Source: Nitrospirales bacterium (GTDB taxonomy: Bacteria > Nitrospirota > Nitrospiria > Nitrospirales > UBA8639). Taken from it: a stretch of 64,000 nucleotides of DNA. Shown here piece after piece: positions 1 to 9,354 of this stretch. The position numbers and the translations under genes were made by a program. The stretch's first letter is position 1. Each line of letters starts with the position of its first letter. The notes beneath the pieces were generated by a model. It was not told where the DNA came from. It did no database searches and was given only the letters and a program-made list of their open reading frames with translations. The stretch spans positions 211 through 64,210 of the forward strand of contig JALDRK010000020.1 of NCBI GenBank assembly GCA_031315915.1, given 5' to 3'.

Positions 1-100
1 AGATGTGAATACATCCCGAAGAACAGGAAGGCAGAGGCTTGGCAGGACAATCCAATTATCACCCGGAAAATCCTGGACGTGCTCTCCAATGACTCACTGT

Positions 101-493
101 TTACCGGGTACTCGCTTCGCCTTGCCAAAGCAAGTCGTATCCCAGTTCCTTGGTTTCCATACACAAACTGGCAATGGCGCTGAACGTCTTTTGAAAAACG
201 GCATCGGCATGAGATTTTTCATGATGCTCAAATGAACGCCAATACGTCACAATCGCATAATGGGCATCGGCGCTTTTGGAATCACTGAGTGAACCCTCTG
301 CCGATATAAACCCGGAAAATTTCAACACCTGCCCGGCGATGAATCCGCCCATGTCTCCGCCATACTTTTCCTTCACAACCATACACATTTCCCCAACGGC
401 CATCTCTACCTGATCGAAACTGACGCCCGGTTTTAGTTTAACGGTATTGAATAGCATTTTCGCACCAAATGGGATGGTAATGGGTCCGAACAT
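101..493 (-). CDS. hypothetical small protein (possibly ABM-like alpha/beta barrel; fold guess only)
   Basis: ORF 101..589(-). I prefer the internal ATG at 491-493 because AGGAGG lies just upstream (gtgAAGGAGGctgtcATG). No diagnostic motif recognised. Confidence 0.5.
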   Translation of the reverse strand: MFGPITIPFGAKMLFNTVKLKPGVSFDQVEMAVGEMCMVVKEKYGGDMGGFIAGQVLKFSGFISAEGSLSDSKSADAHYAIVTYWRSFEHHEKSHADAVFQKTFSAIASLCMETKELGYDLLWQGEASTR

Positions 494-760
494 GACAGCC
501 TCCTTCACTGGACACCAGGTCCTAGCCGCTAGATCGTTAAGAGTTTTTACAACATACACCAATGCCTCCAGACTACCATAGACCCGCATCCGATCAGTTA
601 GACTTTTGCATTGACCGCATCTATCTCTCTCGTTATGATCCCTTTACGAATGCACTCTTCCTGACAAACAACCCCACACATCAACATCCAAAATTTAAAC
701 AGTCCACACGTCACCGAAATCATCCATACGATTGAAAGACTGCAGGAGATAAGGATTATT

Positions 761-1177
761 ATGTTGAAAAGAAAATCACTGAAAACCATGACCGGCGTCT
801 ATGTCGCCGTGGAAGAGATGGGACCGGAATTCAAAGGGACCTTAACCCGAAAAGATGTCCGGACTCGTGTCGAGGCCCAGCTTCGCACCGCAGGCATTCG
901 TCTCATCAAAGAAAAAGAAGCCGCGAGATTACCCGGCGAACCGTATTTATACGTCAATCTGGCCGCCCTTCCTCTCAAATCAAAAACGTTTGCTTGCCGT
1001 ATTGACCTTGAAGTTCACCAATTAGTCGCCCTCGTGCACGACCCCAAAGGCGGTCACGCCATTACCTGGGAACAAGGCATGCTGACCGTGGGCGGCATGG
1101 AGGTCATTACGAAGCACCTTGATGAACTGGTATTTGAATTTATCTGCGACTACCTGGCTATGCATCCCGGCGTGTAA
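761..1177 (+). CDS. hypothetical protein
   Basis: 138-aa ORF with AGGAGA upstream of the ATG. No recognisable motif. Confidence 0.5.
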   Translation: MLKRKSLKTMTGVYVAVEEMGPEFKGTLTRKDVRTRVEAQLRTAGIRLIKEKEAARLPGEPYLYVNLAALPLKSKTFACRIDLEVHQLVALVHDPKGGHAITWEQGMLTVGGMEVITKHLDELVFEFICDYLAMHPGV

Positions 1178-1305
1178 GGCCATAGCCTGTTCCAACCCAT
1201 CCCCGGAAAGACACTTATCAATACCTTCGAACAGCATTTGACCTTGACCGGGTAATCATGGGACAAAGGCTTTCATCACTCACTTTTTTCCATAAGGAGA
1301 CTCTC

Positions 1306-1587
1306 ATGGCCAAAGCACGTGCCCGTCATATTCTTGTGCCCACAAAAGAAAAGTGTGAAGAATTAAAAACGCAAATCGAGACCGGTGGCGACTTTGCCGC
1401 CATTGCGAAAACCCATTCGACCTGTCCGTCGGGTAAGCAGGGCGGAGATCTTGGGGAATTCGGGCCCGGTCAGATGGTGAAAGAATTTGATTCGGTGGTC
1501 TTCAACGGAGAACTCGGCAAGGTTCATGGCCCGGTTCAAACACAATTCGGCTACCATTTACTGGAAATCACCAGCCGCACGCCTTAA
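1306..1587 (+). CDS. ppiC: parvulin-type peptidyl-prolyl cis-trans isomerase (Par10/PpiC-like)
   Basis: 93-aa product from ATG 1306 (AAGGAG upstream). Full-length resemblance to PpiC: ARHILV, CPSGKQGGDLGEF, TQFGYHLLEI. Confidence 0.9.
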   Translation: MAKARARHILVPTKEKCEELKTQIETGGDFAAIAKTHSTCPSGKQGGDLGEFGPGQMVKEFDSVVFNGELGKVHGPVQTQFGYHLLEITSRTP

Positions 1588-1600
1588 GCAATTACAATAG

Positions 1601-1637
1601 ATCGGTCGGGCATGACAACACATCATGCCCGACCGAT
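1601..1637 (+). terminator. 15-bp perfect hairpin downstream of ppiC (putative terminator)
   Basis: atcggtcgggcatga / caacaca / tcatgcccgaccgat. Only a weak interrupted T tract follows (gagttttctttatc). Confidence 0.45.
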
Positions 1638-1845
1638 ACTCCAAGAGTTTTCTTTATCATCGTTGTTGTTTGTCCGATCCGGATTGAAATGAAAATTTAT
1701 TTTCACGATCCGGATGGAAGAATGATTCCGATGATTTGTTCGACTCATCACCCACTTCCTGGCGTTTGGCAGGGAGATTTGCCTTCGTGTACACTCTTTG
1801 GACGTAATCACTGGATACGAATACGCACTGACAACCTAGCCGGAC

Positions 1846-3480
1846 ATGACTGTCACCCTCCTGCCTGATAAATCATCCCAGTTTAAGAAATTGCTGCGAT
1901 CTCCACAGTTGGAATTTATCTGTGAAGCCCACAATGGCCTGAGTGCCAAGATAGTGGAAGAAGCCGGATTCCAAGGCATTTGGGCGAGCGGTTTGTCCAT
2001 TTCTGCCCAATTTGGCGTACGCGACAATAACGAGGCCAGTTGGACACAGGTCTTAGACAATCTGGAATTCATGTCCGACGCCACGCGCATTCCCATTCTT
2101 TTGGATGGCGACACCGGGTATGGCAATTTCAATAATATGCAGCGCCTGATCCGGAAACTGGAACAGCGGCATATCGCCGCCGTCTGCATTGAGGACAAGC
2201 TGTTCCCCAAAACCAATAGTTTCCTGAAAGGGGAAGCCCAACCCCTTGCCGACATGGAAGAATTTTGCGGCAAGATCAAAGCGGGTAAGGATGCCCAGTC
2301 GGATCCTGATTTCTGCATCATTGCCCGCGTGGAAGCCTTTATTTGCGGCTGGGGACTGGCCGAAGCCTTACGTCGTGCCGAAGCCTATCACCAGGCCGGA
2401 GCTGATGGCATCCTGATCCACAGCGCACTGGCGGTGCCCGATGAGATCCTAGCCTTCAAACGTGAATGGGGCGACCGCTGCCCGGTCGTGATTGTGCCGA
2501 CGAAATACTACGCCACCCCCACGGATGTGTTTCGGCAGCATGGCATTTCCCTGGTTATTTGGGCCAATCATATGCTTCGGGCGTCGGTCGCCTCTATGCA
2601 AGCTACGGCCCGTACTCTTCAGGAGCAAGAAAATTTATTGTCGATCGAGGACGAAATCATTTCCGTCTCGGAAATTTTTCGATTGCAAGGCGCGGCCGAG
2701 CTCTTAGAAGCTGAAAAACGTTATCTTCCCAAAACTGCCGAACGGGCTTCGGCCATTGTCCTGGCAGCATCCCGCGGCGATGAACTCGGGGAACTGACGG
2801 AAGACAAACCCAAAACCATGGTCAACATTCGCGGCGTGCCTCTGTTGTCTCACATTGCCGACGCGTACAATAGCATGGGCATCAAAGATATCCTGGTGGT
2901 ACGGGGATACAAAAAAGGAGCGGTGAATCTGCCAAACCTGCACTATGTCGATAACGACGAATTTGCAGACACCGGCGAATTGTATTCTTTACGCAAAGCC
3001 CTTCAGGCCAAACGTTCCCATCCACAAGATACCATCATTTCGTATGGGGATGTCTTATTCAACACCTATATTCCACAGGCTCTGCTTCAGGCCAAGGATG
3101 ATTTCGTGATTTTTGTGGATAGCGACTGGAAGGAAAAAACCAGCTACAACCGTCTCGGCGGATTTGCGGAATGTACCGCTCCCAACTCCCGTAAAGCTTT
3201 CAATACCCAGATTCATCTCACACAACTGGGAACGGCCATCGCTCCGGACAAGATTCACGGTGTGTGGATGGGATTTTTCAAAGTCTCCGCACCAGGACTG
3301 GCGCCTCTACAGGAAATCCTAGCTGATCTGTTAAAGAACCCCGCCCACCGCAAAGCCGGCATGGCCAGCCTATTTCAAGAAATGCTGAAAAGACGCTATT
3401 CAATTAGAGTACTGTATACGGTGGGGCACTGGTTGGACATCAATAGCCTGGATGACGTCGTCCAAGCCGGCAGCTTTTAA
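1846..3480 (+). CDS. pepM: phosphoenolpyruvate mutase fused to a C-terminal nucleotidyltransferase domain
   Basis: The N-terminal ~290 aa carry [10 protein letters not shown] and the PepM-discriminating EDKX5NS motif ([10 protein letters not shown], aa 116-125). The C-terminal ~240 aa carry an NTP-transferase signature ([31 protein letters not shown]). Confidence 0.85.
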   Translation: MTVTLLPDKSSQFKKLLRSPQLEFICEAHNGLSAKIVEEAGFQGIWASGLSISAQFGVRDNNEASWTQVLDNLEFMSDATRIPILLDGDTGYGNFNNMQRLIRKLEQRHIAAVCIEDKLFPKTNSFLKGEAQPLADMEEFCGKIKAGKDAQSDPDFCIIARVEAFICGWGLAEALRRAEAYHQAGADGILIHSALAVPDEILAFKREWGDRCPVVIVPTKYYATPTDVFRQHGISLVIWANHMLRASVASMQATARTLQEQENLLSIEDEIISVSEIFRLQGAAELLEAEKRYLPKTAERASAIVLAASRGDELGELTEDKPKTMVNIRGVPLLSHIADAYNSMGIKDILVVRGYKKGAVNLPNLHYVDNDEFADTGELYSLRKALQAKRSHPQDTIISYGDVLFNTYIPQALLQAKDDFVIFVDSDWKEKTSYNRLGGFAECTAPNSRKAFNTQIHLTQLGTAIAPDKIHGVWMGFFKVSAPGLAPLQEILADLLKNPAHRKAGMASLFQEMLKRRYSIRVLYTVGHWLDINSLDDVVQAGSF

Positions 3481-3538
3481 TTCCCTCTTTGGCTTTCTTC
3501 GGCAATCGTTTAATTTAACATTCCCACAAGACCAAGAG

Positions 3539-5158
3539 TTATTTCAGCGGGGGTTGAAGCTTAGCCCCTACGACGCCCAGCAGCACTTTGGCCTTTAGAT
3601 AGGGGGATGACATGGAGTTTGCCCACGTCAAAACTTCAGACCAGTCTCCTTGAGTTGCAAGCACCCGAGAGAATCTCTGTAAGGCCTCTCCCTTTTCCTT
3701 AGTACCTGAAATAGAGGCGAGGGTTTTTTTCGCTTTTTCTATCTGTCCTTTTCTGGAAAACGCCACGGCTAGTTCCTCTCTAGCTAATGCACGCCAAATA
3801 TTGGGAAGCTTGGATAGGGTATATTCCGCCCCTTCCAAATCGTCGTTCTCAATTTGGCAACGGGCAATTCTTTCGAGACTATAATACATATCCCGGGGGT
3901 CTACATCATTGTCCCTGGGAATATTCGTTAAAGTTTCTAATGCGCCTTTACTATCTCCCATTTGGGCCTGCCCAAGGGCAATTGGATCATACGGAGAAAA
4001 TTCCTTCGTCTGAATTTTTCCCGTCTCGACAAGCTTCATGGCTTTGGATACCTGTCCGGAAGCAGCCAGATCCATCAAGATATACCAATAGGGGCTGGGA
4101 AATGCGTTTTCCTCGTTAAAGCGTTCAGCAATGTGCAAGGCTTTTTCCACGTGTCCCGATTTGGATACTTCGGCGACAATATCACGAAGGGCGGAATGTT
4201 TATGTCCTTCAATCTCGATCAGATCCACTGTTTGAAGGGCCTTAGAGTAATCCCCAGACATAGCCAACCCCTGGGCAATCCTCCAATAGATATCAGAGCG
4301 GGCAAAGGAATTTTGAATGGCCTTGGCCCCGGCCAGTGCCAGTTCCAGACTGGACAGACTGGCTTGGCGACTGCCAGCTTCCAATTGAACCAAGGCAATA
4401 TCTCTCCATGCACTGGCGCTGGCATAGCCATGGGGAATTTGTTTGGCCATTTGGACCGCAGCGGAAGATTGATTGTTATCCAAGTGAGCATTTACGACTC
4501 CCCACAGGGCAAACTCCTGCACAAGAGGGTCAGAGATTTTCTGAACCTCTTTCAAAAATTCATCCACATGGCCTTTTTTCACTTGTTCTTTGGCAGTTCC
4601 CCAGAGGGCATAGGACACATGATCAGCTTGAGCAGCTATTTGAATACCTCCATGCAGGTCCCCCCTTTGGGCCTGAAATTCCCCAATCGCTATCAAGGCG
4701 TTTTTTTTTGCCCGAGTTTTCTCTTTAAAACTTTCTACTATCGCCAACGCCCCCTCAATATCGCCTGACTTGGCCATAGCAACAGCAATCCCCTCTTTGG
4801 CATAGTCCCGCTCAAAATTTTGGATGGAGTCTGCGACTTTTAATGCCCCAGAAAACTCGTTAGCCTTGGCGAGGGCTAACGCAATTTCTTTTTTCAGGCT
4901 AATGGCCAAATAGTCTTGCTGAAATCCCACTGGAATGTGAGAAAGCGAAACTTTAGCATCCTTAATCCTGCCAACTTTTGCCTGTAGTTCCCCTAATTCT
5001 TTGAACAGAGTGTATCTATCTGGGCCATCCGGCAATGATTCCACCAAGGTACGCACCTGTTCCAGGAGCGCGGGGACATCGATTACATTGCTTGAAGTCG
5101 CTTGCGACGCTGAAGGGCAAAGGAAGAGATAAAACAGGAAATAGGTCAGAGGCATCAT
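3539..5158 (-). CDS. secreted TPR/HEAT-like helical-repeat protein
   Basis: ORF 3539..5257. Start moved to MMPLTYFLFYLFLCPSASQA, a signal-peptide-like N-terminus. The body is made of repeated ~35-aa helical units (..A.A.IQ....RA..W.IAQGLA.SGD...AL..). Confidence 0.7.
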   Translation of the reverse strand: MMPLTYFLFYLFLCPSASQATSSNVIDVPALLEQVRTLVESLPDGPDRYTLFKELGELQAKVGRIKDAKVSLSHIPVGFQQDYLAISLKKEIALALAKANEFSGALKVADSIQNFERDYAKEGIAVAMAKSGDIEGALAIVESFKEKTRAKKNALIAIGEFQAQRGDLHGGIQIAAQADHVSYALWGTAKEQVKKGHVDEFLKEVQKISDPLVQEFALWGVVNAHLDNNQSSAAVQMAKQIPHGYASASAWRDIALVQLEAGSRQASLSSLELALAGAKAIQNSFARSDIYWRIAQGLAMSGDYSKALQTVDLIEIEGHKHSALRDIVAEVSKSGHVEKALHIAERFNEENAFPSPYWYILMDLAASGQVSKAMKLVETGKIQTKEFSPYDPIALGQAQMGDSKGALETLTNIPRDNDVDPRDMYYSLERIARCQIENDDLEGAEYTLSKLPNIWRALAREELAVAFSRKGQIEKAKKTLASISGTKEKGEALQRFSRVLATQGDWSEVLTWANSMSSPYLKAKVLLGVVGAKLQPPLK

Positions 5159-5272
5159 TGAGAAATTAGGAAACTCTTTGAAGTATCTTGGCCACATACT
5201 CACTATACATGAGGTTTTCGGCAAACTTCCCCAATCCTGAAGAGGTGGGAATGCCAAGCCTGTATTATGCTG

Positions 5273-6520
5273 CTATCGCAACATATGAATAAAGAGGCCG
5301 TCGCGGAGCTTGGGTTCGAACCACGTACTTTTGGGCGGCATGATTTGATCAGCATCAGACACGGCCATGAGTTGATCCACTGTCGTCGGAGACAGCCAAA
5401 AGGCAACGGCCCATTCACCCCGATCCACCATGGCGGCCAATTTCTCAGGCCCTTTGACCCCACCGACAAAATCAATTCGTACATCCGATCGTTGATCTTT
5501 GATCCCTAACAAAGGATCCAGCACCCGTTCCGTCAACACCGCCACGGCCAAATCCCGAACCGGATCGTTCTTGATCGCATCCAATTCCGATTGGGAAAAT
5601 TTCGGTTTCGCTCGATGCCATCGGCCTTCAACATACATATCGAATCCCAGGTCAGGTGGATGCCCCGGTTGAGAGGTCGACTGCACCTCAAAGCGTTCCC
5701 CAATCGCCTTGAGCAATTGAACCGATGTGTGCCCGTGTAAATCCCGCACCACCCGGTTATAAGGGAAGATTTGTAATTGATCGTGCGGAAAAATCACCGC
5801 TAAAAATCCATCTTCCGGTTTGAATGCCCCGGATTTGGCTGACTCTTGACGGGCCGCACGCACACGGCTGGCGGCAGCGGATCGATGGTGCCCGTCGGCA
5901 ATATACAAAGCCGGAATAGTCCGAAAGGCTTCGACAATTTGTTGAACTCGGGATTCCTCACGAACGCTCCACACCGTATGCTCAACAGTATCCGATGCGA
6001 CAAACTGCACATCCGGCTTGGCGTTCGTCACTTGCTCGAACCAGTTGTCGACGGCGGGAGTATGGCGGAAAAACAGCAGGACAGGACCGGACTGCGATTC
6101 ATGGGTTTGGATCAGCTGAACACGATCATTCTCTTTCACCGGTCGAGTCAGCTCGTGCTTTTTGATAATCCCCTGATCGTACTCTTCCACCGAGGCCAGA
6201 GCCACTAACCCCGTTTGCATATGCGTGCCCCATTTCTGTCGATAGACCCCCAATATTGGCCGCGCCTCCCGGGTAAGGATTCCGCCTTGAATAAGCTCCT
6301 GAAGTTTCCGGGCACCATGTTCATACACCTCCGGCGAATAGGGGTCGATGCCATTCTGCAATTCCAGCTCAGCCCGGCTAATACGCAGGAAGCTATGTGG
6401 ATTACCCTCTGCCTGTTGACGAGCCTCCTCCAACGAGACCACGTCGTAGGGAGGCGCGGCCACTTGCGCAGCCTGTTCAGGTCTGGGTCTCAACGCACGA
6501 AAAGGTGTAATCAGAGCCAT
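5273..6520 (-). CDS. DUF1015 family protein
   Basis: 415 aa. The N-terminus MALITPFRALRPRPEQAAQVAAPPYDVVS is typical of DUF1015. AAGGAGAGG lies upstream of the ATG. Confidence 0.8.
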   Translation of the reverse strand: MALITPFRALRPRPEQAAQVAAPPYDVVSLEEARQQAEGNPHSFLRISRAELELQNGIDPYSPEVYEHGARKLQELIQGGILTREARPILGVYRQKWGTHMQTGLVALASVEEYDQGIIKKHELTRPVKENDRVQLIQTHESQSGPVLLFFRHTPAVDNWFEQVTNAKPDVQFVASDTVEHTVWSVREESRVQQIVEAFRTIPALYIADGHHRSAAASRVRAARQESAKSGAFKPEDGFLAVIFPHDQLQIFPYNRVVRDLHGHTSVQLLKAIGERFEVQSTSQPGHPPDLGFDMYVEGRWHRAKPKFSQSELDAIKNDPVRDLAVAVLTERVLDPLLGIKDQRSDVRIDFVGGVKGPEKLAAMVDRGEWAVAFWLSPTTVDQLMAVSDADQIMPPKSTWFEPKLRDGLFIHMLR

Positions 6521-7391
6521 ACGGTTCCTCTCCTTTAGTATTTCAATTCACAACAACATCCGGGTCCTGTTCTTACCATAACTATCCAGGACCTGGATAT
6601 GGGAATTTCCACCCATTCAGATGGAGTCCTTTATAGGTCGGATTGCCCACACCTTTCGTCAATTTTTTCAATGGTGGGCAATTTCCGGAGAATACGGTAT
6701 CGGGATGTGAGAGGTATTTTCGGACCTAGCCCAGACTGACAAGCAAGCTGTAATGACCGGAAGCCTCTATCGGGGCGTTTTACTATTCACTCTCTGTTTT
6801 GGCAACCTGCTCCCATTATGGTTTTATGGCATTCTCCATCTACGCCTCTCGAAAACCGTGAAATCCTTATTACGCCAATGTCACCGAGACTCAAGACTGT
6901 TCTATAGATTGATATTGACAAGATCCTTTCAAGTAGTATTTTATAGCCTTGAGTCCGTATGGGAGGATCATCACTCCTCCAGCCATCCGCGATCAACCCT
7001 TGTTGTATGCGTGTTTCCAATACCACCCCCCCTCCTCTCTCCCGGTTTGGCCAATATTCCTGGTTGTGCCAACTGCTTGGATGGTCCCTATTCTTGGTAA
7101 GCTGCAGCCATCAGGTGGTAAGGACGGATCCCGACTCCATGATTATCAAAAATCATGGAACCCGCCCCATCACCAAACTCATCGTGAAGCCCTGCAACAA
7201 ACCGGCCCGGGAGTTTAAGGAAATGGCCCAAAATATCAGGCCAGGCACCATGAAGTTTATCCTCCTCTATCCAGGCTGCTTTGATGCAGATGCCCTGGAT
7301 GAAAACGGAGAAATTATGGCCACTCAATATAAGGTACGGATTCCACCCCAACTACGGTGGAATATTTATTAAATCGGTTGGTGTCTTTGTA

Positions 7392-8342
7392 ATGACATCC
7401 CCAATTCGTCATGGCTTCACAGGCTTCTTCCTGATTCTCGTCTCTCACATATTCCTAGCCTGTAGTGCTCCTTATTACCTGGTGACCTCTGACTTTGTGG
7501 TGGCGGACAACCAGGAAGCCCCTCCGGAAATCGTGGAAAGCCCAAGTTATCTTTCAGCCATACCTCAGATTCAATATCTGACCGTGAAAGCTCCTGAGGG
7601 TTGCGCCAACGAAACCGCCACACAAAGTTCCGGAGAAGCCGTAGGACAGAGTCTGCTGCTCAAAACGACCTGCGGCATCGAAATGTCCGAACTGGAGCGC
7701 GCACTCACGAAAGCGGGATTCCAGGTCATTTCGTGGAATGTGCTTCAAAACAAAGTCGCGAAAGAGGAACTGACTCCTCATGCCGCTTCCAAGGAACTCG
7801 GAGCGGAAGTCTTGTTTCAAATAAATTCCCTGGAACGGTCGATCATCCAAGCGGGTCACAATGCACGGTGGGAAAGGCATTTTTACGAATCCAATCCAGA
7901 AGGCGAGCAACTGAAACCCGTGTCTTTGCCGCCCAGGGAAGGCCACCAACTCCTGGACCATATTAAGGAAAAAGAGACTTCTCTTCTCAGTCAAGAACGG
8001 TTAGGCGTCACGATGAATGCCAGTGCTTCATCTGTCAAAACAGGAGAGACTATTTGGTTTTACGAATGGACACATGCCGAAGCCCGTGAGGACAACGAGG
8101 CCGTGAAGGTATTAGCCGTCTGTGATAACGGAACATGCCGGGCAATCTCCCGACAAGATCAGAAGAAATCGGAAGAGGCAGCATTGATATCAGGTAGTAC
8201 CGAAGCCATTTCCAAGCAGAAAAGCGTCAAGGATCGACAAAACGCCATCTACCATAGACTGTTGCGTGCATTGGTCACGAACCTGGCTCATTCATTTAAA
8301 CACCCTTCCCTGACATCTCCCCACCAGCCACAGAGTCCATAA
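7392..8342 (+). CDS. putative lipoprotein, function unknown
   Basis: ORF 7281..8342. Internal ATG 7392 gives MTSPIRHGFTGFFLILVSHIFLAC|S, a lipobox-like sequence. Confidence 0.6.
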   Translation: MTSPIRHGFTGFFLILVSHIFLACSAPYYLVTSDFVVADNQEAPPEIVESPSYLSAIPQIQYLTVKAPEGCANETATQSSGEAVGQSLLLKTTCGIEMSELERALTKAGFQVISWNVLQNKVAKEELTPHAASKELGAEVLFQINSLERSIIQAGHNARWERHFYESNPEGEQLKPVSLPPREGHQLLDHIKEKETSLLSQERLGVTMNASASSVKTGETIWFYEWTHAEAREDNEAVKVLAVCDNGTCRAISRQDQKKSEEAALISGSTEAISKQKSVKDRQNAIYHRLLRALVTNLAHSFKHPSLTSPHQPQSP

Positions 8343-8910
8343 AAATACTTTTCTGACATTCGTAACCTCACGGCCATCAAACTGATTGAAAGACAAGTCC
8401 GTCCGAGCGATCCGGAAATGCTCACTCAAAGAAATACCCTCCTAATGGGGTATAAAATATTTCTATTCGTTTCCTCCCAGCTCAACGAGCTGCCGAAACC
8501 TTGTTGCCCCTAGAAACAAAACCTTCAATAGCCAAAATTGAACCCAACGGAGTGCCTTTCAAGGCTCCTCGATATCCCTGATCAGAGGCGCTGCCGAGAG
8601 CGATTAGAATATTGTTTCATTTTTCTGTTGGTTTGTTCAGATTTTTTCACATATTTATGACTTTCGGTTTTCCTAATATAAGCACATATACCCCTTTTGA
8701 GGTATGCACCATCCATCAGACTTCCCCATAATTTCCCCTGTCAAACTCAGTCGCCTTCGTTGATTTTTCCCCGAAAATATCTCTCTTAACTCTTTAGAAA
8801 ATTTTTACGTTCCCTCCACGCCATTTCTCTTGTATTTTTTTTCATTTGTGTGGGATGATATGAAAATCAATAAGGGCTTAATTTTTCCTCATTTTTATAG
8901 GGAGGTCGTG

Positions 8911-9099
8911 ATGGCTGGAATTTCCCACAAAAAAATTTTCATGGAACCACAATTAACTCCACAGGGCTCATGGCAGGATTTAACTGGAACCTTCGGCCGT
9001 TACAATACCAGCGGCGGCCATAACCACAGCGGAAAAAAATGGGGAGGTTGGGAACGTATTTTAAATAGCTTGTGGAGTCATTGGAGGGGATCGCGCTAA
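8911..9099 (+). CDS. 62-aa candidate RiPP precursor peptide with a lasso-type leader motif and a Trp-rich C-terminus
   Basis: ATG 8911 lies 5 nt after GGAGG (8901-8905). F10-x2-P13-x-L15-x3-G19-x5-T25-x fits the YxxPxLx3Gx5Tx motif. A strong terminator and RRE/kinase genes follow. Confidence 0.6.
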   Translation: MAGISHKKIFMEPQLTPQGSWQDLTGTFGRYNTSGGHNHSGKKWGGWERILNSLWSHWRGSR

Positions 9100-9125
9100 A
9101 CGATTTCAACCATTGGCATTTGAAA

Positions 9126-9154
9126 GGGGGACCTGGTGGTCCCCCTTTTTTTTT
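9126..9154 (+). terminator. rho-independent terminator after the peptide gene
   Basis: GGGGGACC-tggt-GGTCCCCC followed by nine T, 27 nt after the stop codon. Confidence 0.8.
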
Positions 9155-9354
9155 GATCGCCCACCAACCCGACCCTTTTTTTTCCTCACTTTCTATCCGA
9201 CAAGACTGTTCAGAACAATCCTTTCATACACAAAGGCCTGGCAGCCCAGCCATGCCGAACTTTGCATATTCATAGAGACAGGCGCGCACATTTATGAATT
9301 TATACTTTCATGGCGTGTAATCCGTAATGTAAAAGTTTCGATTCCCGTACATTC

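Noticed and set aside
3962-4768. 268-aa ORF on the plus strand inside the TPR-like gene. Similar long antisense ORFs occur at 18008..18892, 24613..25632, 42966..43925, 21850..22428 and 36303..36872.
   Set aside because: Each lies entirely antisense to a gene with clear family motifs. Their products are low-complexity, Arg/Gly/Pro-rich and lack RBSs, so they are shadow ORFs.
5295-5330. GGGTTCGAACC T-loop-like sequence suggesting a tRNA.
   Set aside because: It lies inside the DUF1015 coding frame, where it encodes TWFEPK on the minus strand. No acceptor or anticodon arms can be folded around it.
6540-7390. Several mutually overlapping ORFs on both strands (6753..7100, 6787..7026, 6959..7372, 7088..7351) between the DUF1015 gene and the lipoprotein gene.
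   Set aside because: None has an RBS or a recognisable motif, and they are mirror images of each other. The region contains a C7 run and could hide a degraded gene, but I cannot support a call.
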